Positions 12,768 to 25,647 of a stretch of 64,000 bases of DNA are shown piece by piece. The notes beneath the pieces are model-generated. The model was not told the origin of the DNA. It saw only the letters and a list, made by a program, of their open reading frames with translations, and made no database searches. Position 1 is the stretch's first letter. Each line of letters starts with the position of its first letter. Source of the DNA: Psammoneis japonica (taxonomy: Eukaryota); the NCBI GenBank assembly GCA_008632985.1, contig QPGO01000031.1, forward strand, positions 310,001 to 374,000, written 5' to 3'. The position numbers and the translations under genes were made by a program.

Positions 12768-14646
12768 ATGATACCAACCCATCTTCAGTTGTTGTTCTGG
12801 GCACATCAATTACTTTTTTCTTCCCCGATACTCTTTCAGTCTACCTCCGCGTTCTGTCCCAGAATGTCTCTTGCTAGAGGAAAGTTTGTCTTCAGATACG
12901 TTGCGTCCACGAGGCGGATACAAATCGTTCGCCCATTGACAACAAAGATCAGCAAAGAACTGTTCAAAAGGAAACATCCGATACAACGAATCGATGGCCC
13001 AAGTTGTTTGTTCTTGTCGAGACCACATTCGAAAGAGAACGATACAAAGAATGATGATTTTCTTTCCGATGTTCAAAAGACACTCTGTCAGGACATTCTT
13101 CCAAATGTACTAAAAGAAGAACATGACAGGAGAATTCTGCTCGTGGTAGCTGTAAGCGGTGGATGTGACTCGGTTGGGCTCTTGCATGCCTTGCTACAAA
13201 TTCTGGAAAAGAGAGAGAACACTACCTATACGCTTAGATGTAGCAAGGATGAACACATTGATTGTGACGTACACGTAGCTCATTTTGATCATGAGCAACG
13301 GGGAAGCGAGAGCGACAAAGACCGTGAGTTCGTTCAAGACCTTTGCACCGAGATGGGCTTGCCCCTTACATGTTATTATTGGAGCCAATATGAAAACAAG
13401 CCAAGTACCTTTACACAAGAAGTGGCAAGAGATTGGAGACGAGCAAAACTCATGTCCTTGTTGGATCAGAACGAGGCGGATCAGGGAATCATTTTGACAG
13501 CACATCATTCAGACGATGACTTGGAGACGCTCTTGTTCAAACTGTTACGTGGAGTACACATTACCAACCTATCAGGAATGGAAGCTATGACTATCATTGG
13601 GGATAGGTATGTGTTTGCACGGCCAATGATCAATGTGAAAAAGGCAGATATCCTGTCGTTTTTGGAATCACAGGGGCTACAATGGCGGGAAGATAGCTCT
13701 AACGCATCCAACAAGTACAAGCGCAACCGTATACGAAATGAGCTTATTCCACTTTTGAATGACATTGTCGGCGGTGGAGATGTTCTACAGGTGAGTCGGA
13801 ACGTGATCCCGCATTCATCATTCAATAGAGATTTAAAGCTTCTCATGAAGAGTTTTGCTTGTAGAAACGGATGAGAATCTTTCGCAGCAATCTACAGAAA
13901 TAAAGCAGGATTTGACAACAAGAGCTCAGGCATATCTGGATGAAAAGGAGGAGAATCACTGCTTTTTTCTTCCTCCAGTCTTGACACTCACTCACAAGCA
14001 AGCAATGCACATATGGGCGGAAAAGCAGATGCGAGGGCGCGACGACACTACGTCAAGCTTTTCTTACGAGCAACAGGGTAGACTTTGGAATCAACTTCAG
14101 CAGCACCCGGCCAACAAGTCATGGATCCTCAACATGGGTAGTGGTTGGAATGTTGTGAGAACGGGCGACGTGTTAGAGTTGAACAGGGATAAAGAGGATG
14201 AAGAAAACGACGCAGCTGTGGAGTTTGAAGAGAAATCGGTACCATGGACTATTGTTGATACTTCTCACGAACCACAACACGACGAAGTTGTAATTCAGCT
14301 ACCATCCGCCATTCTCGAGCAAGTGGATTGGATGAAGACGTACAAATTCATGTTGTCGAACGTGGAACACAATCGCGAGCTCTTGTTCACCCCTGCGTGG
14401 AGACCAGACAGCAACATAAAGCTTGGACAGTTCCTACGTGGACAACATGTACCATTGCATCGACGTCGCCATGCTCCTCTGGTTGTTCTGGAGGGACCAA
14501 AATCCAAGGCAATTGTCGCCGTCTATGCCGAAAAGGATTCATGTTCTGAATCTCACGCGAAAGGGAAATGGATACTCGACGCAGAGTTTGACTTGCAGAA
14601 GTCGGACGATGGACCACTTGTTCTACTGCAGCTAAACAGTTGCTAA
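12768..14646 (+). CDS. tilS: tRNA(Ile)-lysidine synthase, probably organelle-targeted; intron 13791-13864 and an apparent 1-bp deletion near 13873
   Basis: Motifs AVSGGCDS, HFDH, TAHHSDD, RPM and EDSSN...RNRIR. N-terminal signal-like peptide with TSAF. GT-AG intron; restoring one G gives KRMENLSQQS. Confidence 0.88.
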
Positions 14647-14817
14647 CAACGCTGTCAACGTAAATAGAACTCTATAATGCATAAACTATTATGCAATCTC
14701 ATCACCATTGCGTGTCTTGTTCGACCGCAGCTAGACAGTTGCTATCAACGATGTCAACATAAACCAAACTCTAAAATGCATAAACCATTATGCAATCTCA
14801 TCACCATTGCGTGTCTC
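14630..14817. repeat. ~90-bp imperfect tandem duplication between convergent tilS and MATE genes
   Basis: cagcta(a/g)acagttgcta...ttatgcaatctcatcaccattgcgtgtct occurs at ~14630-14717 and ~14728-14816. Confidence 0.9.
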
Positions 14818-16500
14818 CGACGAGTCGTCAGAAGGAGACGACTCGGGATCCGTTGTCGCTTCGTCATTGCTCATCAAGAGCGGCTCGCTCAAATCGTTCT
14901 CTTGGTCGGCAATGGTGATGGCCGCTTCTTGCCGTTCTTGGGCTTCAACTGCACACTTATCCCAGTTGGCCCGCAAGAGGATAAAGATCACAATCACTAT
15001 TTCAATACCACCAGAGATTGCTTGCCACCAATACACGCCTAAAAGGTTGCCGTGAAAGTACAAAATATAGATCGCCACACCACCAATCGACAAGGGAAGC
15101 TCGAGACCAAAACTGAGAATCGTTGCAATAAATGGCTTCCCCATGCCCCCAAACACACCCGACGTGATGTTTCCAACCATGAGATTCAAGTAAGTCCCAA
15201 CCAGCATGGCTGGGATCAGCTTCGCTCCGAGCTTGAGAACGTCATCGTCGTCTGTCGCCACGTCAAGCACCCAGTGTCGAAAGGGCGATAGAAAAACGGC
15301 AGCCATGATAATATTAATGGCTGTAATGAAATACAGTACCAAATTTGCCGAAAGCCGAGCCGCTTTTCCATCTCCACGTCCCAAGTGGTATCCGACTCGG
15401 ACGCCAGAAATGGTGCTTGTGGTTGCCGAGAGTGATCCCGACCACGGAATGGTCACGGTCGAAAGAGCCGAAGACGCCGCAATGGACAATTCACCAAGTC
15501 TACCCACCAATACCGTGGTAGTCTGACTCGCCATGACTTGAAACAAGAGAGTGCCAATGTTGGGCAAACTCTGCTTCATAAATTCAAGGGTTCGCGACGC
15601 AGTGTGATTGGAAAGACTCCATCCACCGTCGGGCCACGTGTTTTTGTGATGCTTCTTGTAAACAAACATGTACAAAAAATAAGTGACGGACTGCATGGTT
15701 CGCGATATGGACAGCGAAATGGCTGCTCCAACAAAGCCAAATCCCGTCCATCCAAAGAGGTATCGAAAGGGTCCACCAAAGACGCAAATCCAATTCAACA
15801 GGCCATTCACGAAAAGAAAAATGATGTTGTTGTACATGGCTGGCCTTGGCAAACCCTGTGCTTGAAAATAAAATCTCATGCACTGATAGATTCCATTTGG
15901 CACCGGCCACAAAATGTTGTACATGGCATACGTTCCCGCAACTTTGCTCACATTATCAGGAAAGCTCAATAGTTTTAGAATGGCCTCCACGTGAAACAAC
16001 CCGATCATGCACGGCAGCATGGTGATAGAGAGCCAGAACATGGACTGCTGCAGCCAAATACCCGCCATTTTGGGATTCCCCGATCCCATGGATTGAGACA
16101 CGAGCGCATTGAGGACTTGATTAAACGCCAGTGGTGGCGTGATGAATACATTGACGCACATGTCCGATAAAACAGCGGCAGCCAAGTACGTTTCAGCCGA
16201 GTAGTGTTCGTCGTTGATGTGACCGACAAAACTGCTGTCGGTACTCGCCATGCCCATGCGACAAAAGAAGGATACAGCGAGCGGTAAACCCAGATTGACC
16301 ATTTCCCAAATCTCGGACCTTACGGAAAAGCATTCCGCCTGTTGGTCCTCTTCATCGTGACAGTTCGACTCTTCATCGTCATTACGATGCTCCTTGTAGT
16401 CAAACTCGCTACTGTATGGATTCGACGAGGACGACATGAGAGGCTTGTTTTGCGTCTCAGAGGAGACTCTGCCGTTGGAATCCGACTCGGTGGGGTTCAT
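14788..16500 (-). CDS. MATE-family multidrug/toxin efflux transporter
   Basis: 570-aa ORF with ~12 hydrophobic segments, LVSQSMGSGN, RFYFQAQG and RVGYHLGRGD. Confidence 0.92.
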   Translation of the reverse strand: MNPTESDSNGRVSSETQNKPLMSSSSNPYSSEFDYKEHRNDDEESNCHDEEDQQAECFSVRSEIWEMVNLGLPLAVSFFCRMGMASTDSSFVGHINDEHYSAETYLAAAVLSDMCVNVFITPPLAFNQVLNALVSQSMGSGNPKMAGIWLQQSMFWLSITMLPCMIGLFHVEAILKLLSFPDNVSKVAGTYAMYNILWPVPNGIYQCMRFYFQAQGLPRPAMYNNIIFLFVNGLLNWICVFGGPFRYLFGWTGFGFVGAAISLSISRTMQSVTYFLYMFVYKKHHKNTWPDGGWSLSNHTASRTLEFMKQSLPNIGTLLFQVMASQTTTVLVGRLGELSIAASSALSTVTIPWSGSLSATTSTISGVRVGYHLGRGDGKAARLSANLVLYFITAINIIMAAVFLSPFRHWVLDVATDDDDVLKLGAKLIPAMLVGTYLNLMVGNITSGVFGGMGKPFIATILSFGLELPLSIGGVAIYILYFHGNLLGVYWWQAISGGIEIVIVIFILLRANWDKCAVEAQERQEAAITIADQENDLSEPLLMSNDEATTDPESSPSDDSSETRNGDEIA

Positions 16501-16830
16501 CGTTGCGAATCTGCTAAATGCAACGCAACAGCAAGAACATGGATGGTCGCGGTTTGGAGGTTTTCGAATCGATTCAGTGCGGTTTTGACGTCAGCGTCGC
16601 GCACGCATCGTCATTCAGTTTTCGCAGGACCACGACATTAACGCGCGCCAATTTTTGGTCGAACGATTCGGAACGGATCATCCCGTTTGGCGAGTTCGAT
16701 CTCTCATTCACTGAAGAAAGGAGGGACTTATTCTATCATGTAACTATATGTATGAGACTCGTTACAGATACGACAGCAGAGAGTCCAGTTAAACTTTCTT
16801 CTATATGTTTCTGCTGAGAGTTTCGTTAAA

Positions 16831-19451
16831 CTACATCTTCCTCTCGGCACTCTCCGAGTTCATTCGTACAAGAGCCTCGTCTAAAATGTTGGCAATCTCA
16901 CGGGAGCTGGGACGCTTCGATGATTCACTCGTATAACATTTCAGCATCACGTCCCGAATGGCAACCAGTTCAGGATCGGTAGAATTCATAACGTCCTCGG
17001 GAATAAAGGGCAATTCGCCCCTTTGTACCTTGGCGTTCACCTCCTCCTTGGAAGGTTTGCCACCAGGCTCCAGTTTGTTCCACGGCTCATGGCCGCAAAT
17101 CAATCTGAAGAAAATATGACCCATCGAAAAGACGTCTACCTTTTCCGTCAAGTCCTGTTCGCCGCGAGCTTCCTCTGGTGATCGCCACTGTAGAGACAAA
17201 AAGCAAGAGGTGAGAACGACTGAAACACGAGAAAGCCAACAAAAGACAAACCAAGTCAATGGGCACCCACCTGAGGATTCGGGTATTGAGCAGGGAATCC
17301 GCATTGTTTGTTTGACGTGGTGTTCCATTTGAGCAGAATCCCAATGTTAAAATCGTTGAGCTTCAACCGGCCACCAATACTCACAACGTTCGCAGGGTTG
17401 ACATCCAAGTGGACAAAGGTCGCGTTGTTTTCGCCGTCAATCGTGTGCACATCCGCAAGACCCTCTGCAATATCTCGTGCAATCTTGAGACGAGCCAAAG
17501 GAGTCTTCTTGGACTTGTCCGCCAGCTCACCCAGACGTTTGCCGTCTGCATATTCGGTAAGCACCGAATGACCACAGAATCCAAAAACATTAATCACGTG
17601 CGGGGACGACGTCAACCTCTCCATTGCCACAGCATCAATACGGTCATGCTCAAAGTGAGCGTCCTCGAAATCGTGCTGAAACTTGAGGGTCTTCAATACA
17701 ACAGCGTCGTGCTCGATTGGATTGTCCAACTTCCACGCGTTTCGCCAATATCCTTTGGTACCAAAGAGACTAACATCATTACTATCCGACTCGCCCATGT
17801 GCTCCAACGCTAGCGAGTGCATGTCGTTACAAGACGGGTGGAAATTCGTTTGCCACTCTTGCATAGGAACACATTCGCCATCCGAATGTGGATCGCGCAT
17901 TTCCATTTTTGCAAGTGCCTCGTCATCCGAACTCAGAACGCCATAGAGCTGGGTATTGTCCAAAACAGGAGACGCGCCGCTTTCCACCTTCCGTTGTGGG
18001 TGTCGTTTCGCAGATTCGTGAAGAACCAATATTCGAGGAGATACTTCCTGCTTTGGACTCTTCCTGTAGTACATTCGCTCATCGTAACCAAAGGCTGCCA
18101 GGTTTTGTCCGCCGAGAAGGGGCGCCGTGAACCCTTTCAGATGAAGCTCTTGTTTCTTGAGAACGACTGGTTTCTTAGACTTCTGGTCATTCTTCTTCTT
18201 GTCATCGTGTTTCTTGTCCTTCTTCTTGGCGTCCTTCTTATGGTCGTCGCCGTGTTTCTTATCCTTGTGAGAGTCTTTCTTGTGTTCGTCGCCGTCTTTC
18301 TTGTCCTTGCGAGAATCCTTCTCGTGGTCCTTGTCCTTGTGGGAGTCCCTCTTCCTGAGCTGATCGTCGTGGTGCTTGGGAGGATCATGCTTGGAGGAAG
18401 GCTTCTTTCGTGACATACCACCTGGTATTCGAATGCCTGGTTTGACAGGTCTGTTATCAGGACGAAATGCATCCTTTTCCACAGGCACATCATTGGGAAT
18501 CACAGCCCGGCTTGTTAAAACCGTAACCAAGATCGAGCCCATGCCAAAGAGACTTAGAACAAGCATCAGTCGATTGGTTCGAATATGTTTCAACCGGCTT
18601 ACAAACGATAGTTCCGATTCTGGAGGAGGACTCATATGGCGCCGACGGCGGCGCTTGGACTCGGAGCGGTGGGGACTGGGACTCACGTCGGGAGAACTCT
18701 CTGAAGACGAGGAAGTCTCGGGGGTTACATCCACCAGCTTGCCTGTTGCAATATATGCTCCTGTAGGTGTCTTATGAAACGATCTCTGGCGGTGTAGAGA
18801 GGCGGAGCTTGATCGGCGACGCGTTGCATTGTCATTAATGATCCAGGGGTCGTCAGCCGAGTTCCCTGATTCTCGTCGACTATGGGCAGAACCCAAACTT
18901 GAAGTTCTGCCACTCGGAGAGAGGCAGGGATCAGAGTCTGTCGAGACACGCCGAATTGGGTATGGTCTGGGATCACAAGATGATGCGGAGCGGGTAGCCC
19001 TGGGCGAAAGCTGCTGTTGGTTGGGAAAGGGTGGAGGGGAAATTGCTCGTGGCGGTCGATCTTGTGGGGGCAGTGGAGTTGCAGTATCGTCTAAAAACAG
19101 TCGCGAACCTCCATACGGTCTGTTTGGTCTGTAATCAACTCGTACATCTTCCTCGCATGGTCCTCCTCGGGGAAACGGAGCTGTTGTCGGGGCTGTGCCT
19201 GGTTGTGACGACACTCGCGGCGATACTGCTTTTGGTTCTTCTGGGCTCACAGTCATGGGTGTCATGGGCTGAGTTGCAGCAGTAAGAGGAGCATCCTTAT
19301 TGTAGTAAGTAGATGGGGTAATAAATGAGGGACTCTGCAAGAAAGAGTTTGCAAGTCTCCGGATCGATGGGGTCTCTGTTTCATGTTGAATAGTAGTGGT
19401 AGTAGCCATCTTGTCTTCGTCATCCTTGTCAGGAGTAAATGAGGGCATCAT
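16831..19451 (-). CDS. Membrane-anchored protein kinase (PKDCC/secretory-kinase-like); intron 17189-17270
   Basis: Disordered N-terminus, one TM segment, then GTKGYWR, VVLKTLK, VHLDVNPANV and LKLNDFN. After splicing: WRSPEE, KVDVFSMG and KRPSS. Confidence 0.85.
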
Positions 19452-20899
19452 GACTGAAATCGAAATTCGCGACTTGTCTGTGCACGAAATACGCGATCAC
19501 TGTTCAGACACGGACAAGAAAAAGTGGGACCTGCGGTCGGTTCGGGATTGCTCAGGTGCTGTTGTATGAGACTGTCTCTCGTCAAAACAATGGCAGATTT
19601 CCAAAAAGTGCCACGCTGATGATGAGTCCGCGAGTAAACACGGTTACACTCCGCTTATACACTCCACGTCGTAACCGGTATTGCCGGAAACTCCACGCAC
19701 TTCAGAATCGAGCTGAGTTGACAGGATCGCAAATTGAGCCAGAACAACACCAATCAGCACCAGAACCGATAGCGACTATTGTATAATGACAGAGGGCGCT
19801 CTTATTGTAAACTGGTGTACAGCAGCTGTCTTTGTGTTGTTGTTGGTCAACAAACAACGTTGGTATGACAAGTAAGAAGTGATAGCTGCGTATTGCTTCT
19901 GCACACGCAACAACCCAACAGCACGTTAGTCGTTTGAGCTTTGTGGGAAATTTGTCATGCGCGTACCCACGTTTTGTTTATGCGCACATGCCAAAGACGT
20001 TATTTTGACAGTAAATTTCGATTTTGCTTAGCGTAACGGTTATTTGAACGTACAAACCGAAAATTTGAAACAAAATGATGTATCTACAAATCTAAATAAA
20101 ACGAATCATCTTTGAGGTTCAAAAAATGAAAATCAGCTGACAAGCGGATGAGTGGTATGTACCGTCGTGTGACGCTACGTGAGTTTGATGTTGATAGTCA
20201 TGTCCCGGCTGACTAAAATCGATAAGTGTTCATGTTATTCATACTCTTAGATGATAAAAAGGTTATATTTAAGTCCTATATTGCCCTAACCGTACACTCT
20301 GAGACAACCAAAATTTCATCTCAACGGCTGTTTTCATTCATGGTGGACAAACTTTTTTGTATTCTACAAAAATGGAGAAGTATATTCCGATGTAAAAGTT
20401 ATCGTTGTGGGTTCGACGCATATGAAGATATTTTTCAGTGTGTAAAAACATATCGACTGAAATTTTGTTATTGCCTACTGTATCAAATCTGTGTAGGGCC
20501 CTAGAGTAGATGTTCCAACGGTTCGTTTTGACCTGTACAGTACGGACGCCGAGCAGACTTCACGCAGACTGATCGCGCGCTCTCGCTCGCTCGCGCAAAC
20601 AGCTCATGTCCCACCCCGTGAAAGAGGTGCAATAGCCGTACCGTAGGCCCGGTACATTGTCTGTTCTTCAATCCGCCACGGTAAATACATGCCACGACTG
20701 ACGTAAGATCCCAGGCGCGGAGACAATTTTTTCCCGAGCGTGGATTTTTGGTTTTGGAGATGATGCGCAGCCGACCCACAATCCGCCTTGTTTGAGCCAT
20801 GCTCCATCGTTTTCGTTCATTAAAGATACGGACATTGCTTTTGGGAGATCTTGTTGTTGGGTGAGGCCCTTGGTTTGGCGAGAAACGGAGTTGTCATTG

Positions 20900-22260
20900 T
20901 GCAGAGTTCAAGTTTTTCTGCCATTTTTGCACAACAAAACCCACAATCCGATGTTTGTTCATTCATTTCACCTCCTCTGTTCAATGTCATTGCTTTCATC
21001 AACTTGCCACAGTTAAAAAAGACACACCATGTCTTTTGGGCATGATGTGGGTGGGGGCTCTGGCGAGAAACACCGGTCGCACTCGTGTGTGGTCTCGCAT
21101 CACAGCCATTTGTGATTGTCGCTGACCCATGCTTTGATGTTTGTTCATTCATTTCGTCTCTTCAATCAAACTTCTTTGATTGAACCTTTGATTTGTGGGT
21201 GCAAAAACATCATTCTCTCTTGGATTTGCTTTCAGTGGGAGCTGTGAAGAGAGCAAGAATCATCCATGCCAACGACGACATGCACCGATGCCTCTCCTCA
21301 CTTTGGGAGTTCCGAGAATGCATTTTCCCCATTTGTCCAATCTGTTGGACACCAATTGAGTCACAAAATAGAGTGGTGATGCCACACACATTTTTGCATT
21401 GTCTGAAGCTGTTGTTTCCTCTCGTTTTCATTGGCAGCATCACATGCTCCTTGGCTGTCGTGTGCTCATGAGTCGAGTGAAGACTGGAATTCTCATTTTG
21501 TTCAATGCCAGGGCATTCACTGGAAGAATCATGAGTGGAGAAGTTGCTTGATGAGCTGCAAGTGCTTTTGATTTCAACATTGATGAAAGGACCCCGACTC
21601 CATTTGTCAGCACTGGCACTCACATGAACGGCATCGGTGCTTGGTGCTTTCCTCAGTGGATGTGTCAACAATGGCCTTTGCTTGGCATTTCTTGGCAGGT
21701 CTGTTGCACTTCCACTGAAAGCAAATCCAAGAGAGGAAAATCTTTTTGCATCTGTGAGGTAAAGATTTGATCAAAGAAGTGTGAGCAAAGAGACGAAATG
21801 AATGAAAAACAAACAAAGCATGGGTCAGCGACAATCACAAACAGCTGTGACACGAGACCACACGAGTGTGACCAACGTCACTCACCACAGATCAAACACA
21901 CAGCATGCACAAGACAGGGGGATGCTTTTTGCATCCACAATGAAGAGATGCCAGCAATGGCGTGCAGCAGCAGAGGAGGTGCATTGAACGAGTGCACATC
22001 AAAGCATGGGTCGCGACAATTTCCCATTTTGTGGTGTTTCCTGTCAATGTGACAGTGCAGCACATCTTGCCACAGATCAAACAGACAGCATGCCCAAGAC
22101 ATGGGACACCTTTCATGACTTTGTTGAGTTGATGCAAGCCACGGGTGTCAACAGAGGAGGCAATGTGAACAAACAAACATCAGAGCATGGGTTTTTGACA
22201 GCAGGCGAATGTGGGTGAGTCAGAAAAATGCAAAAAAACACCACTCAAATCAAAACTTTG
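20900..22260. repeat. Large imperfect inverted repeat (foldback-like) built from ~190-bp units, TpA-depleted
   Basis: 21075-21275 is the reverse complement of ~21680-21875. ~20930-21040 matches the reverse complement of ~22085-22200. ~21885-22015 repeats directly at ~22070-22195. Confidence 0.75.
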
Positions 22261-23535
22261 AGGAGGAATTGCCACACAGTGTCCTTCTGCAGGGGACAAG
22301 AAAGCCTGCCACACCCCAATTCCTCCTCAATTGTCAACATTGACGACCTCGGAACAGCACACTCATCATGGTCGATGGCTTTTTTTTTTTCCACACAAAA
22401 AGCACGGAGAGAACGTGGATGACGGACAAGCAAAAAGCAAAAATGTTTAGTTGAATTGTTCCTTTCACACAGAACTTTCACGGAGTCGTCCGAGCATGAC
22501 TGCAAACTGACGATGGAGTTGCGCTCGCTTGCTGGCACAGCAGCTTGTGTTGCTTGAGGTGACAGACAACTGCAAATGGAGGCTTTACAAGCTGCAGACA
22601 GTGCCCCAAGTGTTCCATCTTCATTGTGGCTTTTTTGATGTGAGTTGCTGCTGAGGACAGAGGGAGATGACAGCTCCCTTGGCAGGAGCCTTTTTTCTCT
22701 TGTTTTCTTGAAGCAGCAGCACTGCCTTTTGCTGGCTTTGAGTTTGCATGCACTGCCCACCCTGTGGAAAAAGTTTTTTGTCATTCTCTTTTCTGCCTTG
22801 TTTTGTCACCTCCTCTCATGTGTTGTCAGAGCAGGCATGGCGCACCACCAATGGCACTGAGGAGGCAGCTCTCTTCTCGTGCACCGCTCCGCTGCTCGAG
22901 GCGCGACACAGAAGCTCTCAAACAAGTTTTTTGCCAAAAAGGTCACAGGCATGGATCCTCTGGTGGGGCTGTTGGTCTCCAAATGCAGACATTGCAACGG
23001 GTTCTTGGTGCCCCCAGCCGAGAGAAGTGTTGCTTTTCGACTTTGTGTGTGGAACAGGTCAAGAGGCAGGTGCTGTTGTCCTCTGTTGTTTGCGCGTGCC
23101 TGCGCTTTGAAATTCGATCTGTGCAAATTTCGCGCATGGCGTGCCGCCTTGATCAGGCTCTCCGGAGCCTGGGGGTTGGGGCCTCGGTGAGCGCCGGCCA
23201 CCGCGTGCATCAGCACCAAAACCTGCGCAGGCCCTTTCTGCTTGGGGGCAGGACATCATTCAATTATGGACGATGAAAGAACATTTGTTGATGACTTTTC
23301 AGTCACGATCAAAAAATGTCCGACAGTTTCACGTGACCCCTGACACTTGAGTGATCCGATGACGCGACGTTAAATGTTGTGAGACAACAAAAGCAGCGGC
23401 TTGACCGGCTTTTGGCCTTTCTTCTGGTGCATTTTTCACTGGGGGTCTACACGGGAGGATGGAAAAAATTGAAAACAAAAAATGCAGGGGCTGTGGAGTT
23501 GCAAAAACACAAAAAACACTCGACCTCCTTCAACC

Positions 23536-25647
23536 TCACACATCTTCCGATGGGAGAGGTTGGATGCGACGCGATCTTTTCTTCGGTCCTTGGGAGCGGT
23601 CGACCTTGCGGCGCTTGGCATCACTAGATTGAGCCTTGGAAGCATCGCACAATTGTCTGAGTGACACAGCACCTCTCTCCTCGTCAATCAGCCTTGCAGA
23701 TTCCTGGAGTGCAGCGGCACGGTCTGAAAAACCACGCACTCGCTCAGACCGTTTCAGAATCAAGCCATGCAGGTGTGAACGACGACTGAGCTGCACAGTG
23801 ACCCCACCCTGCCAATTCTTTTTGCTCACTCCTTTGTGCTGTTCCAACTGAAACTCCAGGTGCTCCTCCAACAATTTGGTCATTGTCTTTGGCATTTCTT
23901 TTGGAAAGTGTGGTTGAGCAGCACCTGACGGCGGCGGAGGCAGATGCTGAACGATGCGCGAGCGAGTTGGATTCGAGTCCAATGCGGCACGTGTCTGAAT
24001 CGCATTCCGACCACTCACAGCCATTCTGATGCTCTGCATCTGCTCACGTTGCTGCTGTTGTTGCTGCTGGTTTTGCCTCAGAATGATGTCAGTGAAATTT
24101 TGAACTTCTGCTGACAGTCGATCCATTTTCCCAACCAGAACCTGTGTGTCGGTGCGAACCGAGGAGAAAGCTGTCTGCGCAGCAATGTTCAGATTTTGAA
24201 TCTCGTCTTCTTCTGCAGTGTCCATGTCAGCCAACTCTTGAAGCCTGTCCCTTGCCCACTCAATGCACCTGCCGCCAAAAACACGAACCAACAGACGGGA
24301 CACTTCGTGCTGCGGATGCTCCGTGACCCAGTGGATGCCGTCTTGGCACAGGACGCGAGCGAAAAAAGGTAAGGTCCCACATAAAAAGTTTGTGCCGCAT
24401 GGCCACTTACGACCAACATTGTGTTGCTGTTTCCATGCAGGCAGTCTTGGCCACATCATCTCTGCCAACTCAGCATCAGCAACGTTTGGTTTTCCGGGAA
24501 CTAGTTCGCCGAAGGATGTGTTGGTACGAGGGACGTAGTGAACCTTCTCCCCATGCAGCTTAGAGAACCCGGCGGCAATCAACTGCACTTGTGGAGGGAT
24601 CTCAGGCAAGTGTGAGACGTCAAGTGAATCTTTTCCATGTTTCGTCTGCTGCTCAACATTTTGCTTGGTCGCCCCGCCCATGTTGCTGGAATCGATGCCG
24701 GCGGTGCGAAGGTGAGTGCACTTTGCCCACGACGTCTTTGTTGCCCTGTACACCCGTTGGTGTGCCTTACGGTGCGTGTCTAATGTTTTCCAACCCACCA
24801 GTTCATGCTTGTGCCAGTCCGGGAAACCGTCATGTTGATGCATGAAGTGGATTTCCGCATCGCTGTGAAACCTGCAGGCAGCGACGGCGGCGTTCATGCC
24901 GGTTCCGCATCGCTTCCAGTCGCGGTGCCGCCACATGCCTGCAACTCTTTTTTTGTGGGAACCTCGTTTGCCTGTAAACCGTTGCTCAATCAGAGCTGTC
25001 ATTGGACGTGCGACCGATTCGTTTGGGTTGCCGGGGCCGTGAGTTTCGTCACAGTGAACATCCGCACAGCGTGTAAGTCGGAGCTGATCGCCTCGTATCA
25101 TGGTCTGGCTGCAGCTGGTCCATGACACTACCAAGTTCTTCCAAGCAGCAGATTGAATAATGTGATTCAATGTCTCATCCTCAGCAACACGAGACAGAGT
25201 GTCCGCAGGCAGCTTGTCATGAGCTGATGCAAACGCAGTGAGCAAATTTTGGGTGTGTCGCTCCTTGTGTGCCACCAGAGCGACGTCAACTGCCTCTGAT
25301 CTCACAACGAATTTTGGATTGGGAGGTTTGTGCTCCTCCCAAGATGAGTGATGCTGCAGTGACCAAATGACACGCTTGGCCGACTTCGGCGTGACGTCTC
25401 GTTTCGACACTGCCTCCAAGAAGTGCCGGTCGACCTGGTCTCGCGTCAAGTAAGGCGGCCCCGACAGAGCCGGCGATTCATCCACCCACCTTTTGCATGC
25501 ATTCCACTCAGTGACATGAGTGCCATCCACCTTGGGTGGTGTGATGGTTTGGGCCAACAAGTCTCCCATGGAGACCTGAGACGCCATCTTGGGTCTGTTC
25601 TGCTCATTGTGATAGCCTCGAGGGATCGTCTTTTGGGGTGCACCCAC
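23536..25647 (-). CDS. Crypton/Ndc10-like tyrosine-recombinase-fold protein with a GCR1_C-like C-terminus, copy 1 (hypermutated)
   Basis: Motifs RGDQLR, RHRDWKRC, THLRTAG, SHLPEIP...AAGF and HYVPR recall Crypton/Ndc10 domain II. Very few Tyr and excess His/Cys. Confidence 0.7.
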   Translation of the reverse strand: MGAPQKTIPRGYHNEQNRPKMASQVSMGDLLAQTITPPKVDGTHVTEWNACKRWVDESPALSGPPYLTRDQVDRHFLEAVSKRDVTPKSAKRVIWSLQHHSSWEEHKPPNPKFVVRSEAVDVALVAHKERHTQNLLTAFASAHDKLPADTLSRVAEDETLNHIIQSAAWKNLVVSWTSCSQTMIRGDQLRLTRCADVHCDETHGPGNPNESVARPMTALIEQRFTGKRGSHKKRVAGMWRHRDWKRCGTGMNAAVAACRFHSDAEIHFMHQHDGFPDWHKHELVGWKTLDTHRKAHQRVYRATKTSWAKCTHLRTAGIDSSNMGGATKQNVEQQTKHGKDSLDVSHLPEIPPQVQLIAAGFSKLHGEKVHYVPRTNTSFGELVPGKPNVADAELAEMMWPRLPAWKQQHNVGRKWPCGTNFLCGTLPFFARVLCQDGIHWVTEHPQHEVSRLLVRVFGGRCIEWARDRLQELADMDTAEEDEIQNLNIAAQTAFSSVRTDTQVLVGKMDRLSAEVQNFTDIILRQNQQQQQQQREQMQSIRMAVSGRNAIQTRAALDSNPTRSRIVQHLPPPPSGAAQPHFPKEMPKTMTKLLEEHLEFQLEQHKGVSKKNWQGGVTVQLSRRSHLHGLILKRSERVRGFSDRAAALQESARLIDEERGAVSLRQLCDASKAQSSDAKRRKVDRSQGPKKRSRRIQPLPSEDV

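Noticed and set aside
12768..14646. tilS or the ADP-ribosylglycohydrolase as bacterial contamination
   Set aside because: Both contain spliceosomal introns and N-terminal extensions and sit among eukaryotic genes.
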